Positions 20,749 through 31,547 of a stretch of 64,000 nt of DNA are shown here, piece by piece; within the stretch, counting starts at the first letter, position 1, and each line of letters starts with the position of its first letter. The notes below the pieces were generated by a model that was given only the letters and a program-made list of their open reading frames with translations, was not told where the DNA came from and ran no database searches. The stretch comes from Bdellovibrionales bacterium (lineage in GTDB: Bacteria > Bdellovibrionota > Bdellovibrionia > Bdellovibrionales > JAGQZY01), in assembly GCA_964230645.1 (NCBI GenBank), contig CAXRHT010000002.1:928001-992000 (forward strand), written 5' to 3'. The position numbers and the translations under genes are program-made.

Positions 20749-21216
20749 CTATTTTTTAAAAATTTTGGCCATCACTTGGGTTTCAGCCACAAGTTTAGAG
20801 TCCACATAGGCCTTACAGTCGACCGTTAAGATCGAACTTTTCTCTTTTAAAATCTCAGCGTGAATTTCTAATACATCCCCAGGAGTGACGGGTTGTTTGA
20901 ATTTCGCTTCACTGATTTTTGCTATCAACACATCAATGCGATCACTCTCCTCCGGCACACATGCCAGAGCTCCGGCCTGCGCCATGGCTTCGACTTGCAA
21001 AACTCCAGGCATCACAGGGTTGTCGGGAAAGTGCCCCATGAAATAAGGCTCGTTCATCGACACATTCTTTCGACATACAATTTTTCGTCCTAACCACTTT
21101 TTAGGATCTTCTCCGTATTCAAAAGAAATCACTCGATCGATTAGCAAAAAAGGAAACCGATGGGGTATCCTTTCTTGAATCTCATTGATTGTTAAATAAG
21201 GCTTTTGATTATCCAT
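20749..21216 (-). CDS. fabZ: 3-hydroxyacyl-ACP dehydratase
   Basis: PHRFPFLLIDRV, GHFP..PVMPGVLQVEAMAQ. Confidence 0.96.
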   Translation of the reverse strand: MDNQKPYLTINEIQERIPHRFPFLLIDRVISFEYGEDPKKWLGRKIVCRKNVSMNEPYFMGHFPDNPVMPGVLQVEAMAQAGALACVPEESDRIDVLIAKISEAKFKQPVTPGDVLEIHAEILKEKSSILTVDCKAYVDSKLVAETQVMAKIFKK

Positions 21217-21716
21217 TATTTTGATTTTTCAAATTCTTTGATCACTTCATTGGTAATATCCAAATCCGCCTTGGCCCACATAACACTCTGGCTGGCTTTT
21301 TCAAAAACCATGTCGTAACCCTTGTCTTTGGCGACCTTAGCGATCACTTTTTGGATTTTTTCAAGGATCGGCTGAGTGAGCTCACGCTCTTTTTGTTGGA
21401 TATTCATTTGGCTTTTTTGAAGCTCTTGCTGAAACTGCATCATCTTTTTCTGAAGAGCCGCTTGCTTTTCATTTCTTGCCTTCTCTGAAAGGAGACTGGC
21501 TTTCTTTTGAAACTCGTCGGCTTCTTTTTTAAGCTTACCTTCTTTCTTTTTCAATTCGGCCTTTTTCTTATTAAACTCACCTTCGAGTTTCGACTTAGCT
21601 GATTTTCCAGCCTTTGTCCCTTGAATGGCTTTTTGCATATCGATATAAGCGGCCTGAAATTTCGCGCTGGCCGATGTGGCCACAGTCATGGATAAAATTA
21701 GTAAAAGATATTTCAT
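21216..21716 (-). CDS. skp: Periplasmic chaperone Skp/OmpH
   Basis: Signal peptide, AYIDMQ, coiled coil, DITNEVI; after bamA; start ATG 21716 with AGGAG RBS. Confidence 0.9.
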   Translation of the reverse strand: MKYLLLILSMTVATSASAKFQAAYIDMQKAIQGTKAGKSAKSKLEGEFNKKKAELKKKEGKLKKEADEFQKKASLLSEKARNEKQAALQKKMMQFQQELQKSQMNIQQKERELTQPILEKIQKVIAKVAKDKGYDMVFEKASQSVMWAKADLDITNEVIKEFEKSK

Positions 21717-21770
21717 GTCGACACTCCTTTTTTTTCGACAATTTCGTTCCACAAGAATCCCCTATATCTA

Positions 21771-24122
21771 TTAAAAAGGGGCTCCGATTGCAAAGTGAAA
21801 TTCTGACCCCTCTTCGTTAAGCTCAGCTCGTCTGTCCAGAGGGAAACCCCACTCAAAGCGAAGGGGTCCAATGGGAGAGAACCAGCGAACTCCAAATCCA
21901 AAATCTTCTCTAAAATAGGAGTCCACAATATCGTCGTGAGCCATCCCCACGTCGTAGAAAGCCACACCACGGATCCCTGCTTCTTTTACAAGAGGGAATT
22001 CAAGCTCAAACATGGCCAAAGCCTGCTGAGTTCCACCAAGAACCACTTGAGCACGACGCCGCGCCTCAGCATCTGAAACGGGGTCTGGATTGGGCGTGAT
22101 TCCCGGGACATCATTGAGCTCCCCACGCCACCAGTCATAATTGAGGCGTGAAAATTCTCTACGCCCTACATCTCCAAAGTCGAAACCTCTCATATTATAG
22201 GGTCCACCCAGGCGGTAACGTTTCGTGAAGGGAATGGGCTTATCTTTAGGCCCCTCTACAAGTCCGTAGGTGAAGTTTGTTCTTAACACGAGATTCCAGA
22301 AAATATTGTAGTACCAGCGAAAGAAGGCATCAAACTTACGGTAATCTAAAGACCCGCCGAGACCGGCTAATTCGTAGGAAGCACTGGTATGGATTCCTTT
22401 TGTAGGGGCGAAACGGTCGTTTCGTTTATCGTACTCAACAGAAGCTGTGACCGAGCTTGTGGTTCCTTCCGCCTCTTCTGGCTTTAAAACATCTGTGGCG
22501 TATCGCCCTGGAGGCATATCAAGTTCAGTGGTATCAACCTTATACCTTAAGAAACCATAGAAATAGCGATTGAAAATGGGATGCCCCACTCGAAACGCTC
22601 CCCCTTCTACTTTTTCACTGTAGAGATTGGGGATTCGGCTCTCGTTTCGATAAACATCAAAGCCTGCTGTCCACAAAGTGTCGAACAAATAAGGTTCTGT
22701 AAAATTCAAACGGTATCTCTTTTGAATTTCCGAGTAGTCCACTTGCAGACCCACATTCTGTCCCTTACCAAGGAAGTTGGTCTGATTGAGTTGAGCGTTA
22801 AAAATCACACCACTAAAAGAGCTATAACCGGCTCCCAACTGGAAGCTTCCTGTGTTTCGCTCTTTGACGACAATATCAATATCCATAAGGTCATCGCGCC
22901 CCTGAGGGGTTTTGGTATTAAACTGCACCTGCTCGAAAAAGCCGAGACGACGAATATTATCCATGGACTCACGCTTACGAGATTCGTTATAGAGCTCTCC
23001 CTCACCGATACGAAGTTCACGGCGCACCACTTTGTCGCGCGTTCGAGTGTTGCCCACCACATTGATCGTACCAAAATAAACTTTTTTACCTTTATCGAAT
23101 TCGTAGACAATATCTACTTTGCGTTCGTCTTCGCGAATAAAAGTACGTGGAATAACGTTGGTATAAGCGTAACCAAGGTCCCCATACATGGCAGTAAAGG
23201 CCTGGATATCTTGCTGAACTTTTTCGTAGACGAAAATGTCTGATTCATCAATTTGAGCGGTCTCCGTTAACTCCTCGGTGGAAAAAAGCAGATCTCCAGA
23301 AAAGCTCACCTCACCCGTATTAAACTGCATGCCCTCTTCAATGCGGATACTGATGTAAATGCCTTTCTTATCAGGGGAAACTGTCACCTCAGGTCTTGAA
23401 ACCTTGGCTTGAACGTAACCTTTGTTAAAATAAAGAAAACTTATCAGTTGTAAATCTTGCTCAAAGGCATCTTGCTTGTAGGTTCCCGAACCACTCAGAC
23501 CACTGAAATATCCACCCTCTTGGGTGAGCATACGGCCTTTGATGTCACTGCTAGGGACTTTTTCATTTCCGATAAAAGAGATTCGCTTTACAAGGACTTG
23601 GTCATTTTCTTCGACCTGAAAAGTCACATTAACGCCACCATTACTGTCCTCGGTGACCTCGTAGCTTACCTTGGCTAGGAAATAGCCTTTTTCTTCATAA
23701 GCCTTTTGGATGTCTGAGACTCCCCTGGTGATTTTGCCGTAATCGATGATTTCAAAAACTTTAATCTTGGTGAGTTCACTGAGTTCTTCATCATCAAGCT
23801 CAGAGTTTCCCTTATAGTCGATGGAGGATATGGCTGGCTTTTCCACAACCCTATAGGTCAGAGCCACGCCCCCACTGACCTTGCTATCGCGCACTTCGAT
23901 GTCTTGGAAGTAACCTGTTTCAAAGAGAGTTTGCACCTCTTCCTGAACCCCTTTGAGGCTTAGGGGTTGCCCCACTTTATTCTCTAACTTTTGGGCAATG
24001 GCATCGGTTTCGATCTTCCGATTTCCCTTGATATCAATCGACTTAACAGTCTGAGCCCAGGTGTTGATAGGTAACAGGCACAGGATGAGGAATAATAATG
24101 ACGAATAACTAATAGGCCGCAA
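21771..24122 (-). CDS. bamA: Outer membrane protein assembly factor BamA
   Basis: POTRA repeats (GNRKI, GNTRTRDKVVRRE), MRGF, RWFSPIGPLRFEWG, C-terminal Phe. Confidence 0.96.
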   Translation of the reverse strand: MRPISYSSLLFLILCLLPINTWAQTVKSIDIKGNRKIETDAIAQKLENKVGQPLSLKGVQEEVQTLFETGYFQDIEVRDSKVSGGVALTYRVVEKPAISSIDYKGNSELDDEELSELTKIKVFEIIDYGKITRGVSDIQKAYEEKGYFLAKVSYEVTEDSNGGVNVTFQVEENDQVLVKRISFIGNEKVPSSDIKGRMLTQEGGYFSGLSGSGTYKQDAFEQDLQLISFLYFNKGYVQAKVSRPEVTVSPDKKGIYISIRIEEGMQFNTGEVSFSGDLLFSTEELTETAQIDESDIFVYEKVQQDIQAFTAMYGDLGYAYTNVIPRTFIREDERKVDIVYEFDKGKKVYFGTINVVGNTRTRDKVVRRELRIGEGELYNESRKRESMDNIRRLGFFEQVQFNTKTPQGRDDLMDIDIVVKERNTGSFQLGAGYSSFSGVIFNAQLNQTNFLGKGQNVGLQVDYSEIQKRYRLNFTEPYLFDTLWTAGFDVYRNESRIPNLYSEKVEGGAFRVGHPIFNRYFYGFLRYKVDTTELDMPPGRYATDVLKPEEAEGTTSSVTASVEYDKRNDRFAPTKGIHTSASYELAGLGGSLDYRKFDAFFRWYYNIFWNLVLRTNFTYGLVEGPKDKPIPFTKRYRLGGPYNMRGFDFGDVGRREFSRLNYDWWRGELNDVPGITPNPDPVSDAEARRRAQVVLGGTQQALAMFELEFPLVKEAGIRGVAFYDVGMAHDDIVDSYFREDFGFGVRWFSPIGPLRFEWGFPLDRRAELNEEGSEFHFAIGAPF

Positions 24123-24318
24123 AAGGTTCTACCTTACTTTTTAGCTTGATGGTGCAACTGCAAAGGTCCGCAGGCTATTCATATTTCACAGCAAAGTCAA
24201 AATGAGTCACCAGATGGTGGGCTTTTAAACCCTCAAAAACCAACGATTGCGCACCTCATCAATTGCCACAGAACTGAATTGCTTAAATTTTGACCTTCAA
24301 AACAGTGACAGAACTAAG

Positions 24319-24996
24319 CTAGTTATCGAGAAGGCCGTTTTTTAATCGGAAGACTTTAGGGAAGCGAGCGGCAAATTCTTGGTCGTGAGTCACAACTATC
24401 AGAGTGAGGCCTAGATCCTGTTGCAGCTGGAAAAAGAGATCTTGAATCACACGCCCGTTTTCGCTGTCTAGGTTTCCAGAGGGCTCATCCGCAAAAAGAA
24501 TCTCGGGATCTTGCACAAGGGCTCTTGCGATGGCCACCCTTTGTCTTTCTCCACCACTGAGCTCTGAAGGGTAATGATCTTTTCTATTTTTTAGCCCAAG
24601 AAGATCTAATAATTTAAGAGCTTTTTCCTCGGCTTCGGCTTTTGTTTTTCCACCCACGCGGGCTGGTAGAGAGACATTTTCTAGAGCATTGAGTTCTGGC
24701 AAAAGATGATGGAACTGGAACACAAAACCCATTTTACGATTACGAAACTGAGCCAACTGATCATCGTTTTTTCGGGTAAGGTCCTCTCCACGGTAATAAA
24801 TCTTACCAAGAGAGGGCATATCAAGAGTTCCCAAAATATGAAGCAGAGTGCTCTTGCCAGCTCCAGACACTCCCATAATGCAAACCGCCTCGCCTTGATG
24901 AATATTTAAATCAACACCTTTTAGGACCTCAAGACGTGAGTTATCCATGTCGTAGGCTTTGGTCACACATTTGGTTGATAAAATCACATTACTCAT
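24319..24996 (-). CDS. lolD: Lipoprotein-releasing ABC transporter ATPase
   Basis: [29 protein letters not shown]. Confidence 0.92.
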   Translation of the reverse strand: MSNVILSTKCVTKAYDMDNSRLEVLKGVDLNIHQGEAVCIMGVSGAGKSTLLHILGTLDMPSLGKIYYRGEDLTRKNDDQLAQFRNRKMGFVFQFHHLLPELNALENVSLPARVGGKTKAEAEEKALKLLDLLGLKNRKDHYPSELSGGERQRVAIARALVQDPEILFADEPSGNLDSENGRVIQDLFFQLQQDLGLTLIVVTHDQEFAARFPKVFRLKNGLLDN

Positions 24997-26206
24997 ACTT
25001 TAAACCTTCCACGGGTGAGAGTTTGGCTCCACGGAACGCAGGCGCTAAGGTACTCAAAAAACAAATCACGATTGTAGCAACGATAACCCAAACAATGTCT
25101 TCGCCCTGAAGTCTGACTGAAAAGTTAGACATCCGGTAAACATCCTCAGGCATAATGGGATAAACTTTTTGTAAGACTTCAAAGCCCCAAGAAAAAAGAA
25201 AACCTAGGGAAAGGCCGATGGCCAAACCACAAACACCGAGAGCTAGGCCGTGAAGACAAAACAATATAATAATGTCTCGTCCTTTAAGACCCAAAGCGCG
25301 CATGACGGAAATTTGCGAGTAACGCCTGAGAACTCCTAAAAACAGGGTCGTTGAAACGTTAAAGAAAGCCGCTACCACCATTATTAGCATAACAAAAAAG
25401 AGAACCATTTTTTCGTACTCTATGGCTCTAAATAAAGAGCGATTGACCATTGTCCAATCTCTGACCGAGTAATCCCAACCCAACTCTTCTTGCAGCTTTT
25501 CTGCCACTGGGGCCGACTGATCTGAGTCCTTTAGCCTGAGTCGAAATCCTAAAATTCGATCACCCACTCCCAATAAATTCTGCACAACCTTAAGGTCTCC
25601 GATCACAACTCTTTCGTTAAAATCATACTTTCCAAAATCCAAAATAGCTGAGACATAGAAGTTTTCAACTTTCGGTGAAATTCTTGTGGCCGAAGATTTG
25701 GACACTCTTGGCAGAATGGCTTTAAAGGGGTCACCCACCTCAAGCTTCAATCGACTGGCAATGACTTTGCCCACATAAAGAGGGTGGCCCGCAGGCTCCT
25801 CTCCCTTTTCTATCTTTGCAATAGTGCGCCTTTTAAGGGCGGACATCTCTTGAGCCTGTTGCCATTTAATCCCTTGCAGAATGACAGCATTCAGCTTGCC
25901 TTTATTAGCCACCAAGACTTCCGCTTTGGTGTAAGGCATCACTTCAGAAACCTCGGGGCTAATTTCCTTGATTTCCTGAGCCAACTTCTCTGGCTCCTCG
26001 ATCCCCGTTCCTCTTTTGACAATATTGACGTCACCGAGCACATCAATAATGGAGCCTTTGAGACTATCGGTAAAACCACTAAAGCCCGCCATACTAACTA
26101 CAAGAAAGGCGACCCCTAAACTGATTCCAAAAAGAGAAAACAGGGTGGTCGGCTCAGAGAAGAGTTTTTTTTGAAAAATAAATTTACGGTAAAGCCACCA
26201 ATGCAA
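24989..26206 (-). CDS. Lipoprotein-releasing ABC transporter permease (LolC/E family)
   Basis: FtsX-type permease, [23 protein letters not shown]; upstream of lolD. Confidence 0.9.
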   Translation of the reverse strand: MHWWLYRKFIFQKKLFSEPTTLFSLFGISLGVAFLVVSMAGFSGFTDSLKGSIIDVLGDVNIVKRGTGIEEPEKLAQEIKEISPEVSEVMPYTKAEVLVANKGKLNAVILQGIKWQQAQEMSALKRRTIAKIEKGEEPAGHPLYVGKVIASRLKLEVGDPFKAILPRVSKSSATRISPKVENFYVSAILDFGKYDFNERVVIGDLKVVQNLLGVGDRILGFRLRLKDSDQSAPVAEKLQEELGWDYSVRDWTMVNRSLFRAIEYEKMVLFFVMLIMVVAAFFNVSTTLFLGVLRRYSQISVMRALGLKGRDIIILFCLHGLALGVCGLAIGLSLGFLFSWGFEVLQKVYPIMPEDVYRMSNFSVRLQGEDIVWVIVATIVICFLSTLAPAFRGAKLSPVEGLKYE

Positions 26207-26211
26207 AGGAC

Positions 26212-27346
26212 CTACTCCTCTTCTTTCATGAACTTAAGGAATGAAAAAATAAAGTCATTTAAGTTTCCATCCATAACGTCTTGAACTTGACTGGTTTCTT
26301 GTGAAGTGCGGTGATCCTTTACCATTTGGTAAGGATGCATGACGTAAGACCGAATCTGACTCCCCCACTCGTTGGCTTTTTTCTGGGAATTCATTTCGTC
26401 TTTTTCTTTGTTACGCTCTTCGAGTTCTTTTTCGTAGAGTGCCGCTTTTAACATCTTCATCGCCGTATCACGGTTGGCATGCTGCGACCTTTGGTTTTGA
26501 CATTGAACCACGATACCCGTGGGCGCATGGGTGATACGAACGGCAGAATCGGTGGTATTGACGTGCTGCCCACCAGCTCCACTGGCACGGTAAGTATCAA
26601 TTTTTAAATCTTCGTTTTTAATTTCAATATCAATGTCATCATCCACTTCGGGCCAGGCAAAAACGGAAGCAAAACTTGTGTGGCGGCGAGCATTGGAATC
26701 GAAGGGGGAAATTCGCACCAAACGATGCACACCAGACTCCGCTTTCAAATAACCATAGGCATAGGGACCTTGCACATTTAAAGTCACCGACTTAATTCCC
26801 GCTTCTTCCCCATCGGTTTGCTCTAAAACTTCTACCTTGTAGCCATTTTGTTCAGCATAGCGTGTGTACATTCGGTAAAGCATTCCGGCCCAATCACAGG
26901 CCTCTGTTCCTCCCGCGCCAGAATTGATCGATAGAAAGGCGGAATTGACATCCGACTCGCCATCGAGGAGTTTTTGTAGTTCCAACTCATCAATTACTGT
27001 TTCTAAACGGTGAACTTCTCCAACGGCTTCCTGGAAAGATTCATTATCTTCTCCTTCTTCGGCAAGATCCAAAAGAACACTCACATCTTCAATTTTCTGG
27101 TTGAGATTTTCCCACTGCTCGCAGGTTTTTTCATGAATGGCGATATCGCGATTCACTTTTTGCATTTCATTAGGATTTTTCCAAAGATCGGGATTTTGAG
27201 CGCGGTGCCTTAGCTCTTCGAGCTCCTTCTGGCGTCTTTCAATGTCAAAGATACCTCCGCAGTTGGCTGGATTTTTCCGAGAGTTCTTGGACTTGGCTGC
27301 GGAATTCACTCAAATGGGTGCTTAAATTGTATTGTTTCGTCTCCAC
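26212..27346 (-). CDS. prfB: Peptide chain release factor 2, translated with a programmed +1 frameshift
   Basis: SPF and GGQ motifs. True start is GTG 27346 (RBS GGAGG), giving 33 codons that end CGG AGG TAT CTT TGA C, the canonical slippery site at 27250-27244. Confidence 0.96.
27244..27258 (-). other. prfB +1 frameshift site (internal SD GGAGG + CTT TGA C)
   Basis: Minus strand reads GGAGGTATCTTTGAC. Confidence 0.95.
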
Positions 27347-27378
27347 GTTGGCATCCTCCGTCGCTCGCACTTTAGGTT

Positions 27379-27828
27379 TTAATTTTTCGGAAATCTCTTG
27401 TTTCTTAATACATCAAAAAGAGCGTCCTGTAATTCAAACATCTCTTTTTCATCCTGACCACCCTTTTCATGCTCGTAGCCTAGGAGGTGCAAAACACCGT
27501 GAATAATTAAATAACCCAACTCCTCACGCCGGGATATTTCGTGATCGATGGCCTGCTTGTCGACGACTTCTCCACAGAGGACCAACTCACCAAGGTCTAG
27601 TTCCGTCATACCTGAAAAGCTAAGAATATCAGTGACTTTGGGCTTGGACCTAAAGTCTAGGTTGAGCTTTTTGATCTGAGTTTTCTCAACAAAAACAAGG
27701 GTTAACTCCCATTTGCGAAGATCAACGATTGCTCTTTTTTTAAGCTCTTTTTCGAGATCTTGAATCCACTCTTCAAGGAAGTTTCGCGGAATTCTCCATG
27801 AACTCAGTTTTACGATATTGACCTGCAA
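27379..27828 (-). CDS. ybeY: rRNA maturation endoribonuclease YbeY
   Basis: TDILSF, LGELV, HGVLHLLGYEH. Confidence 0.95.
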   Translation of the reverse strand: MQVNIVKLSSWRIPRNFLEEWIQDLEKELKKRAIVDLRKWELTLVFVEKTQIKKLNLDFRSKPKVTDILSFSGMTELDLGELVLCGEVVDKQAIDHEISRREELGYLIIHGVLHLLGYEHEKGGQDEKEMFELQDALFDVLRNKRFPKN

Positions 27829-27852
27829 AGGTCCTCCTGCTTAATTGGCTGC

Positions 27853-28596
27853 ATGACATCATTCCAACAATTAATCGAAATTGTCAAAAAATTACGAGGC
27901 CCTAAAGGCTGCCCATGGGATAAGGCTCAGACACATGAAAGCCTCACGCCCTATGCCGTCGAAGAAGCTCATGAATTAGAAGAGGCCATCGCCAATAAAG
28001 ATATCGATAACATGAAAGAAGAGCTTGGCGACCTCCTCTTTCAATCGATACTTCATGCAGAGATTGCTAGACAAAACGGCGACTTCGACATCGATGATGT
28101 CATCAAACATCTCAATAACAAAATGGTCTCAAGACACCCCCATGTGTTCTCTGATGTTGAGGTGAAAGATGCCGACGAAGTGGTTAAGAACTGGGAAGAA
28201 ATTAAAGCCCAAGAAAAGGAAATGGCCCCCTTTGATCTTCCTAAAAGCTTCCCCTCTCTTTTAAAAGCTCACAAAATTGGCAAACGCTCCAAGAAGTTTG
28301 GCTTTGACTGGGAAACTCCTGAACAAGTTTTTAAAAAAACCGATGAGGAGATGGCTGAACTCAAAGAGGCCTTTGAAAAGAACGACAAAGCCCATATAGA
28401 AGAGGAACTCGGTGATTTACTTTTCACACTTTCACAATTGGCAAGACATCTTGATTTAGACGCTGAAAAATCTTTAAGACGGGCCAATCAAAAATTCATC
28501 CATCGCTTTGAAGAAATGCTTAAAATCAACCCGAACCTCAAAGACATTCCTCGCGAAGAAAAAGAAAAACTCTGGAACAAAGTTAAAAAACAATAA
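27853..28596 (+). CDS. mazG: Nucleoside triphosphate pyrophosphohydrolase MazG
   Basis: LRGPKGCPWD, EELGDLL twice, RHPHVF, GFDW. Confidence 0.95.
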   Translation: MTSFQQLIEIVKKLRGPKGCPWDKAQTHESLTPYAVEEAHELEEAIANKDIDNMKEELGDLLFQSILHAEIARQNGDFDIDDVIKHLNNKMVSRHPHVFSDVEVKDADEVVKNWEEIKAQEKEMAPFDLPKSFPSLLKAHKIGKRSKKFGFDWETPEQVFKKTDEEMAELKEAFEKNDKAHIEEELGDLLFTLSQLARHLDLDAEKSLRRANQKFIHRFEEMLKINPNLKDIPREEKEKLWNKVKKQ

Positions 28597-28634
28597 GTGC
28601 CTCAAGACCTAGGGTACTGAGACACTTTGTCCCT

Positions 28635-30647
28635 TTATTTTTTCATAACCTCATAATTAAGATCAAAGTGATCAGCCAGTAGTGAAAAGATTAGAACCTG
28701 ATAGTAGCGATTGCCATGATTGCCCTTGATGGAACGATGATAATAAAAAGAATCCTCTCCGACTTGCTTTTCTAGGGCATGAGCGAACTCAGCTTCTTGA
28801 TCCCCGCCCTGATCCACTCGATCATCCAAACCGTTAGTAAAGAGCTGAAGATGTGTGCCTTCAGGAATCTCAGTAATATGATGAACAGGATTGATACTTT
28901 CAACATAAGCATCAAATTGCGGTCCTAATATGTAGTTACCTTCAGCGTCGACTTGCGGAGCCAAATCAGAATGAGCAATACGCCCAAACCATCCCTCTTC
29001 AAAAATAGACTTAAGGTCAATGACTGGAACGACAGGAATCACAACACCAAAATTGTTCCCATGCTTGGCCGCTAGTATAAGAGAAGTTAAACCACCCCAC
29101 GAGCGCCCCATGGCCACGATTTTTTCAGACCCCACAGAGAATTGCTCTTGAAAGTATGTGCTAGTTTCCGAAATGTTTTTTATCATTTCGAGTCTCTGGC
29201 TTGAGCCATCAAGGAACCACTGCGCTCCCCTTTCGCCTCCACCAGGCAGATCAACAGTGACATAGGCACCGCCCAACTCAAGAGCCATTTGCACTTCGCG
29301 AGGCTCTGGAGAGTTTTTTATAGAAATCCAACCGTAGTAACGAATAAAGACGAACTGAGGTTTCACACCTTTTCGAGTATAGACTCGGCCAGTGATCCAT
29401 TTGCCGTTTTCAGCGCTAAACTGAAAAAGCTCCTGTTGCATTTGGCTGGCGTCAAAGTCTAGCGACTCTTTATTGGGAAGTCGCTTTAACTGATCATTCA
29501 CTAAATCAAGTGCCAGCACATGTTTGCCCGTCTTTACATCAGAAAAAACAGAGAGAGCACGACGGCTACCGGGACCAAAATTAAACTTTGTCATTGTGCC
29601 AAAGCTAGATAGGCCTAAACTCGATAAATCAATAGTGGTCGATTGGCCGGTTTTTAATTGAACGATCTTTAGACTGACATTTTGTTCCGGGATCGAGTGG
29701 TATTGTAAAATGAGTTTGTCGTCGACAAGCTCGGCAATATGTAAAACTTTTTGTGAATCACTAGGAACAAGAGTATTCACTTCGGCCGTTTGTAAATCAA
29801 TGGCCGAAATTCCGTAGGTATCCCCTTCACCACTGGTAAGGACTATCGGCTGATTTTTATAAACTCCAAGGAATACAGCAACATGTTTATTTCTTGGATA
29901 AATCTCTTGCCAGTTATAACCACCCTGCTCGTCACGCTCACCTTTGTAAAGAGAAAACGTTGTTTTGATTCCCGAGTTAGAAACCAGGAGTCGGTAGGCG
30001 ACAAGAGTTTGTCCACCGTCAATGTCCGCGATTCCAAAGTTTTCAGCCAAGCCTGGCGAGAAAACAACAGTGTCTTTCCCTGAAGAAATCTCGCGATACC
30101 GGACCTCTAAAATTGGCTTTTCATTTTTCTTAACAGCTTCTTTGGGATGAAAGAAACTGTAATAAAGGCCATCAGAGTTTTTATTCCACGAAAACCCTTC
30201 CATCCTATTTTCGATAGGTGTTTTGAGAAGTGTTGCGGGAGACTTGTTTAAAGTGACAATATTCCAAAATTTTAAATCTTGTCCATTAAATGTTGTGTAG
30301 AAAGCCACCTTTTTACTGTCGGGACTAATGAGAAATCCTGAAATACGATAGCCCTCTTGAAGCCCTTCATTGCTAGCCAACAGTGTTTCTACTCCACCAC
30401 GATCTCGCCAAACTAGCCCTTCTGAACTGATGGAGATAAAGCCATGAGAAAAACTGGTTCTTGAAGTATCAGGCGTTTGAGTTTGCAATTGTTTAAATCG
30501 GCTTTCAATCAAGGGATCGACTTTGTCTTCCACTTTTTGGGAATGGGACTTTACAAAGCTCTCAGGAACCTTGGCCTGGCAGACGCTGATATTTAAAATT
30601 AAAACGAGGGCGCAAAGTCCCATAAAAATGACTCGCAGTGGATTCAT
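28635..30647 (-). CDS. Secreted prolyl oligopeptidase (S9)-family protein
   Basis: Signal peptide, beta-propeller-like region, GGGERG..W, GRSWGG nucleophile, DDRV, GNHG. Confidence 0.85.
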   Translation of the reverse strand: MNPLRVIFMGLCALVLILNISVCQAKVPESFVKSHSQKVEDKVDPLIESRFKQLQTQTPDTSRTSFSHGFISISSEGLVWRDRGGVETLLASNEGLQEGYRISGFLISPDSKKVAFYTTFNGQDLKFWNIVTLNKSPATLLKTPIENRMEGFSWNKNSDGLYYSFFHPKEAVKKNEKPILEVRYREISSGKDTVVFSPGLAENFGIADIDGGQTLVAYRLLVSNSGIKTTFSLYKGERDEQGGYNWQEIYPRNKHVAVFLGVYKNQPIVLTSGEGDTYGISAIDLQTAEVNTLVPSDSQKVLHIAELVDDKLILQYHSIPEQNVSLKIVQLKTGQSTTIDLSSLGLSSFGTMTKFNFGPGSRRALSVFSDVKTGKHVLALDLVNDQLKRLPNKESLDFDASQMQQELFQFSAENGKWITGRVYTRKGVKPQFVFIRYYGWISIKNSPEPREVQMALELGGAYVTVDLPGGGERGAQWFLDGSSQRLEMIKNISETSTYFQEQFSVGSEKIVAMGRSWGGLTSLILAAKHGNNFGVVIPVVPVIDLKSIFEEGWFGRIAHSDLAPQVDAEGNYILGPQFDAYVESINPVHHITEIPEGTHLQLFTNGLDDRVDQGGDQEAEFAHALEKQVGEDSFYYHRSIKGNHGNRYYQVLIFSLLADHFDLNYEVMKK

Positions 30648-30847
30648 TTGAATACTCCTTAAAAGTTGAAAGGAGGTCTCAAGGAGAAGTACTAAAACAG
30701 CTTGAGTAAGGGGAGACCCCGGATATTGTTTTGCTTGTCCGTAGATCTAGAGGATTTCCGCCAAAGAGTCTTTCTTCGAAAACGAGGCTAGAATAAATTC
30801 AAAAAATCGCTAGGAAAATATGTGAATCCCAACTTCCTTCTAAACAT

Positions 30848-30872
30848 AAAAAAAGCACTTCGATTGAAGTGC
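30848..30872 (-). terminator. Intrinsic terminator
   Basis: GCACTTC-AATC-GAAGTGC then a T-run on the minus strand, after 30904. Confidence 0.7.
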
Positions 30873-30903
30873 CCACAAATTAAACTTCCTTAAAACCAAG
30901 ATT

Positions 30904-31416
30904 CTAAAATATTGGCACACAGTCGGCATTGGTCAGTTCAACATCGGCATTCTGATCCTCTGCACAACAGACGACGTCGCCTGTCTGAGGTCCCTGCTCG
31001 TCACTAGCTCCGTTGTCAGCTAAATTGAGCCAAGCCGCGGCGGTGGTTGATGTTGCTGGGATTTTTGTAACTGGAGAGGGCGATTCAAGGTTTACCCAAG
31101 GTGAACTACCAACGGCGTTACAACCTGTCGCCTGACAATTTAAAGATTCTACACCAATAGCTGCGATCGCCTCTTGCTCAAGCTCTTGGGTGAGATCTTC
31201 ACAACGTGAACTTGCCCAAATAAAATAAACCTCTCGACCATCACTGGGTAAATCGCATTGTGGGCTCATGGCCGGCGTACAAATAACAGAGATATCATCG
31301 GGAGTTCTATCCTGAGAAAAAGAGGAGTTTGACCCTCCAGCGCTCTTGCCGTTGCTACAACTTATTGATGCTAGTAAAATTAAACAAAGATAAAGACGGA
31401 AAAAGATTTTAGACAT
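30904..31416 (-). CDS. Cys-rich hypothetical lipoprotein
   Basis: Lipobox-like ASISC; eight further Cys in the mature part. Confidence 0.7.
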   Translation of the reverse strand: MSKIFFRLYLCLILLASISCSNGKSAGGSNSSFSQDRTPDDISVICTPAMSPQCDLPSDGREVYFIWASSRCEDLTQELEQEAIAAIGVESLNCQATGCNAVGSSPWVNLESPSPVTKIPATSTTAAAWLNLADNGASDEQGPQTGDVVCCAEDQNADVELTNADCVPIF

Positions 31417-31547
31417 GACCTCACTCCTTGGTAGGAGTCTTTAATAATAAAGCATGTCTGCCTTGAGCACAGGTCCAGATATGGGAATTGGCCTTTGCCT
31501 TTGTCCAGAAACCAAGACCATCGCAAATAATTTGAAATGAGATTTAT

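Noticed and set aside
27251..27309. ORF-track N-terminus of RF2 (MNSAAKSK...)
   Set aside because: Wrong frame upstream of the programmed frameshift; prfB is not a pseudogene.
30650..30840. Riboswitch upstream of the S9 peptidase
   Set aside because: Only short pairings (GGTCTC/GAGACC); no known aptamer consensus recognised.
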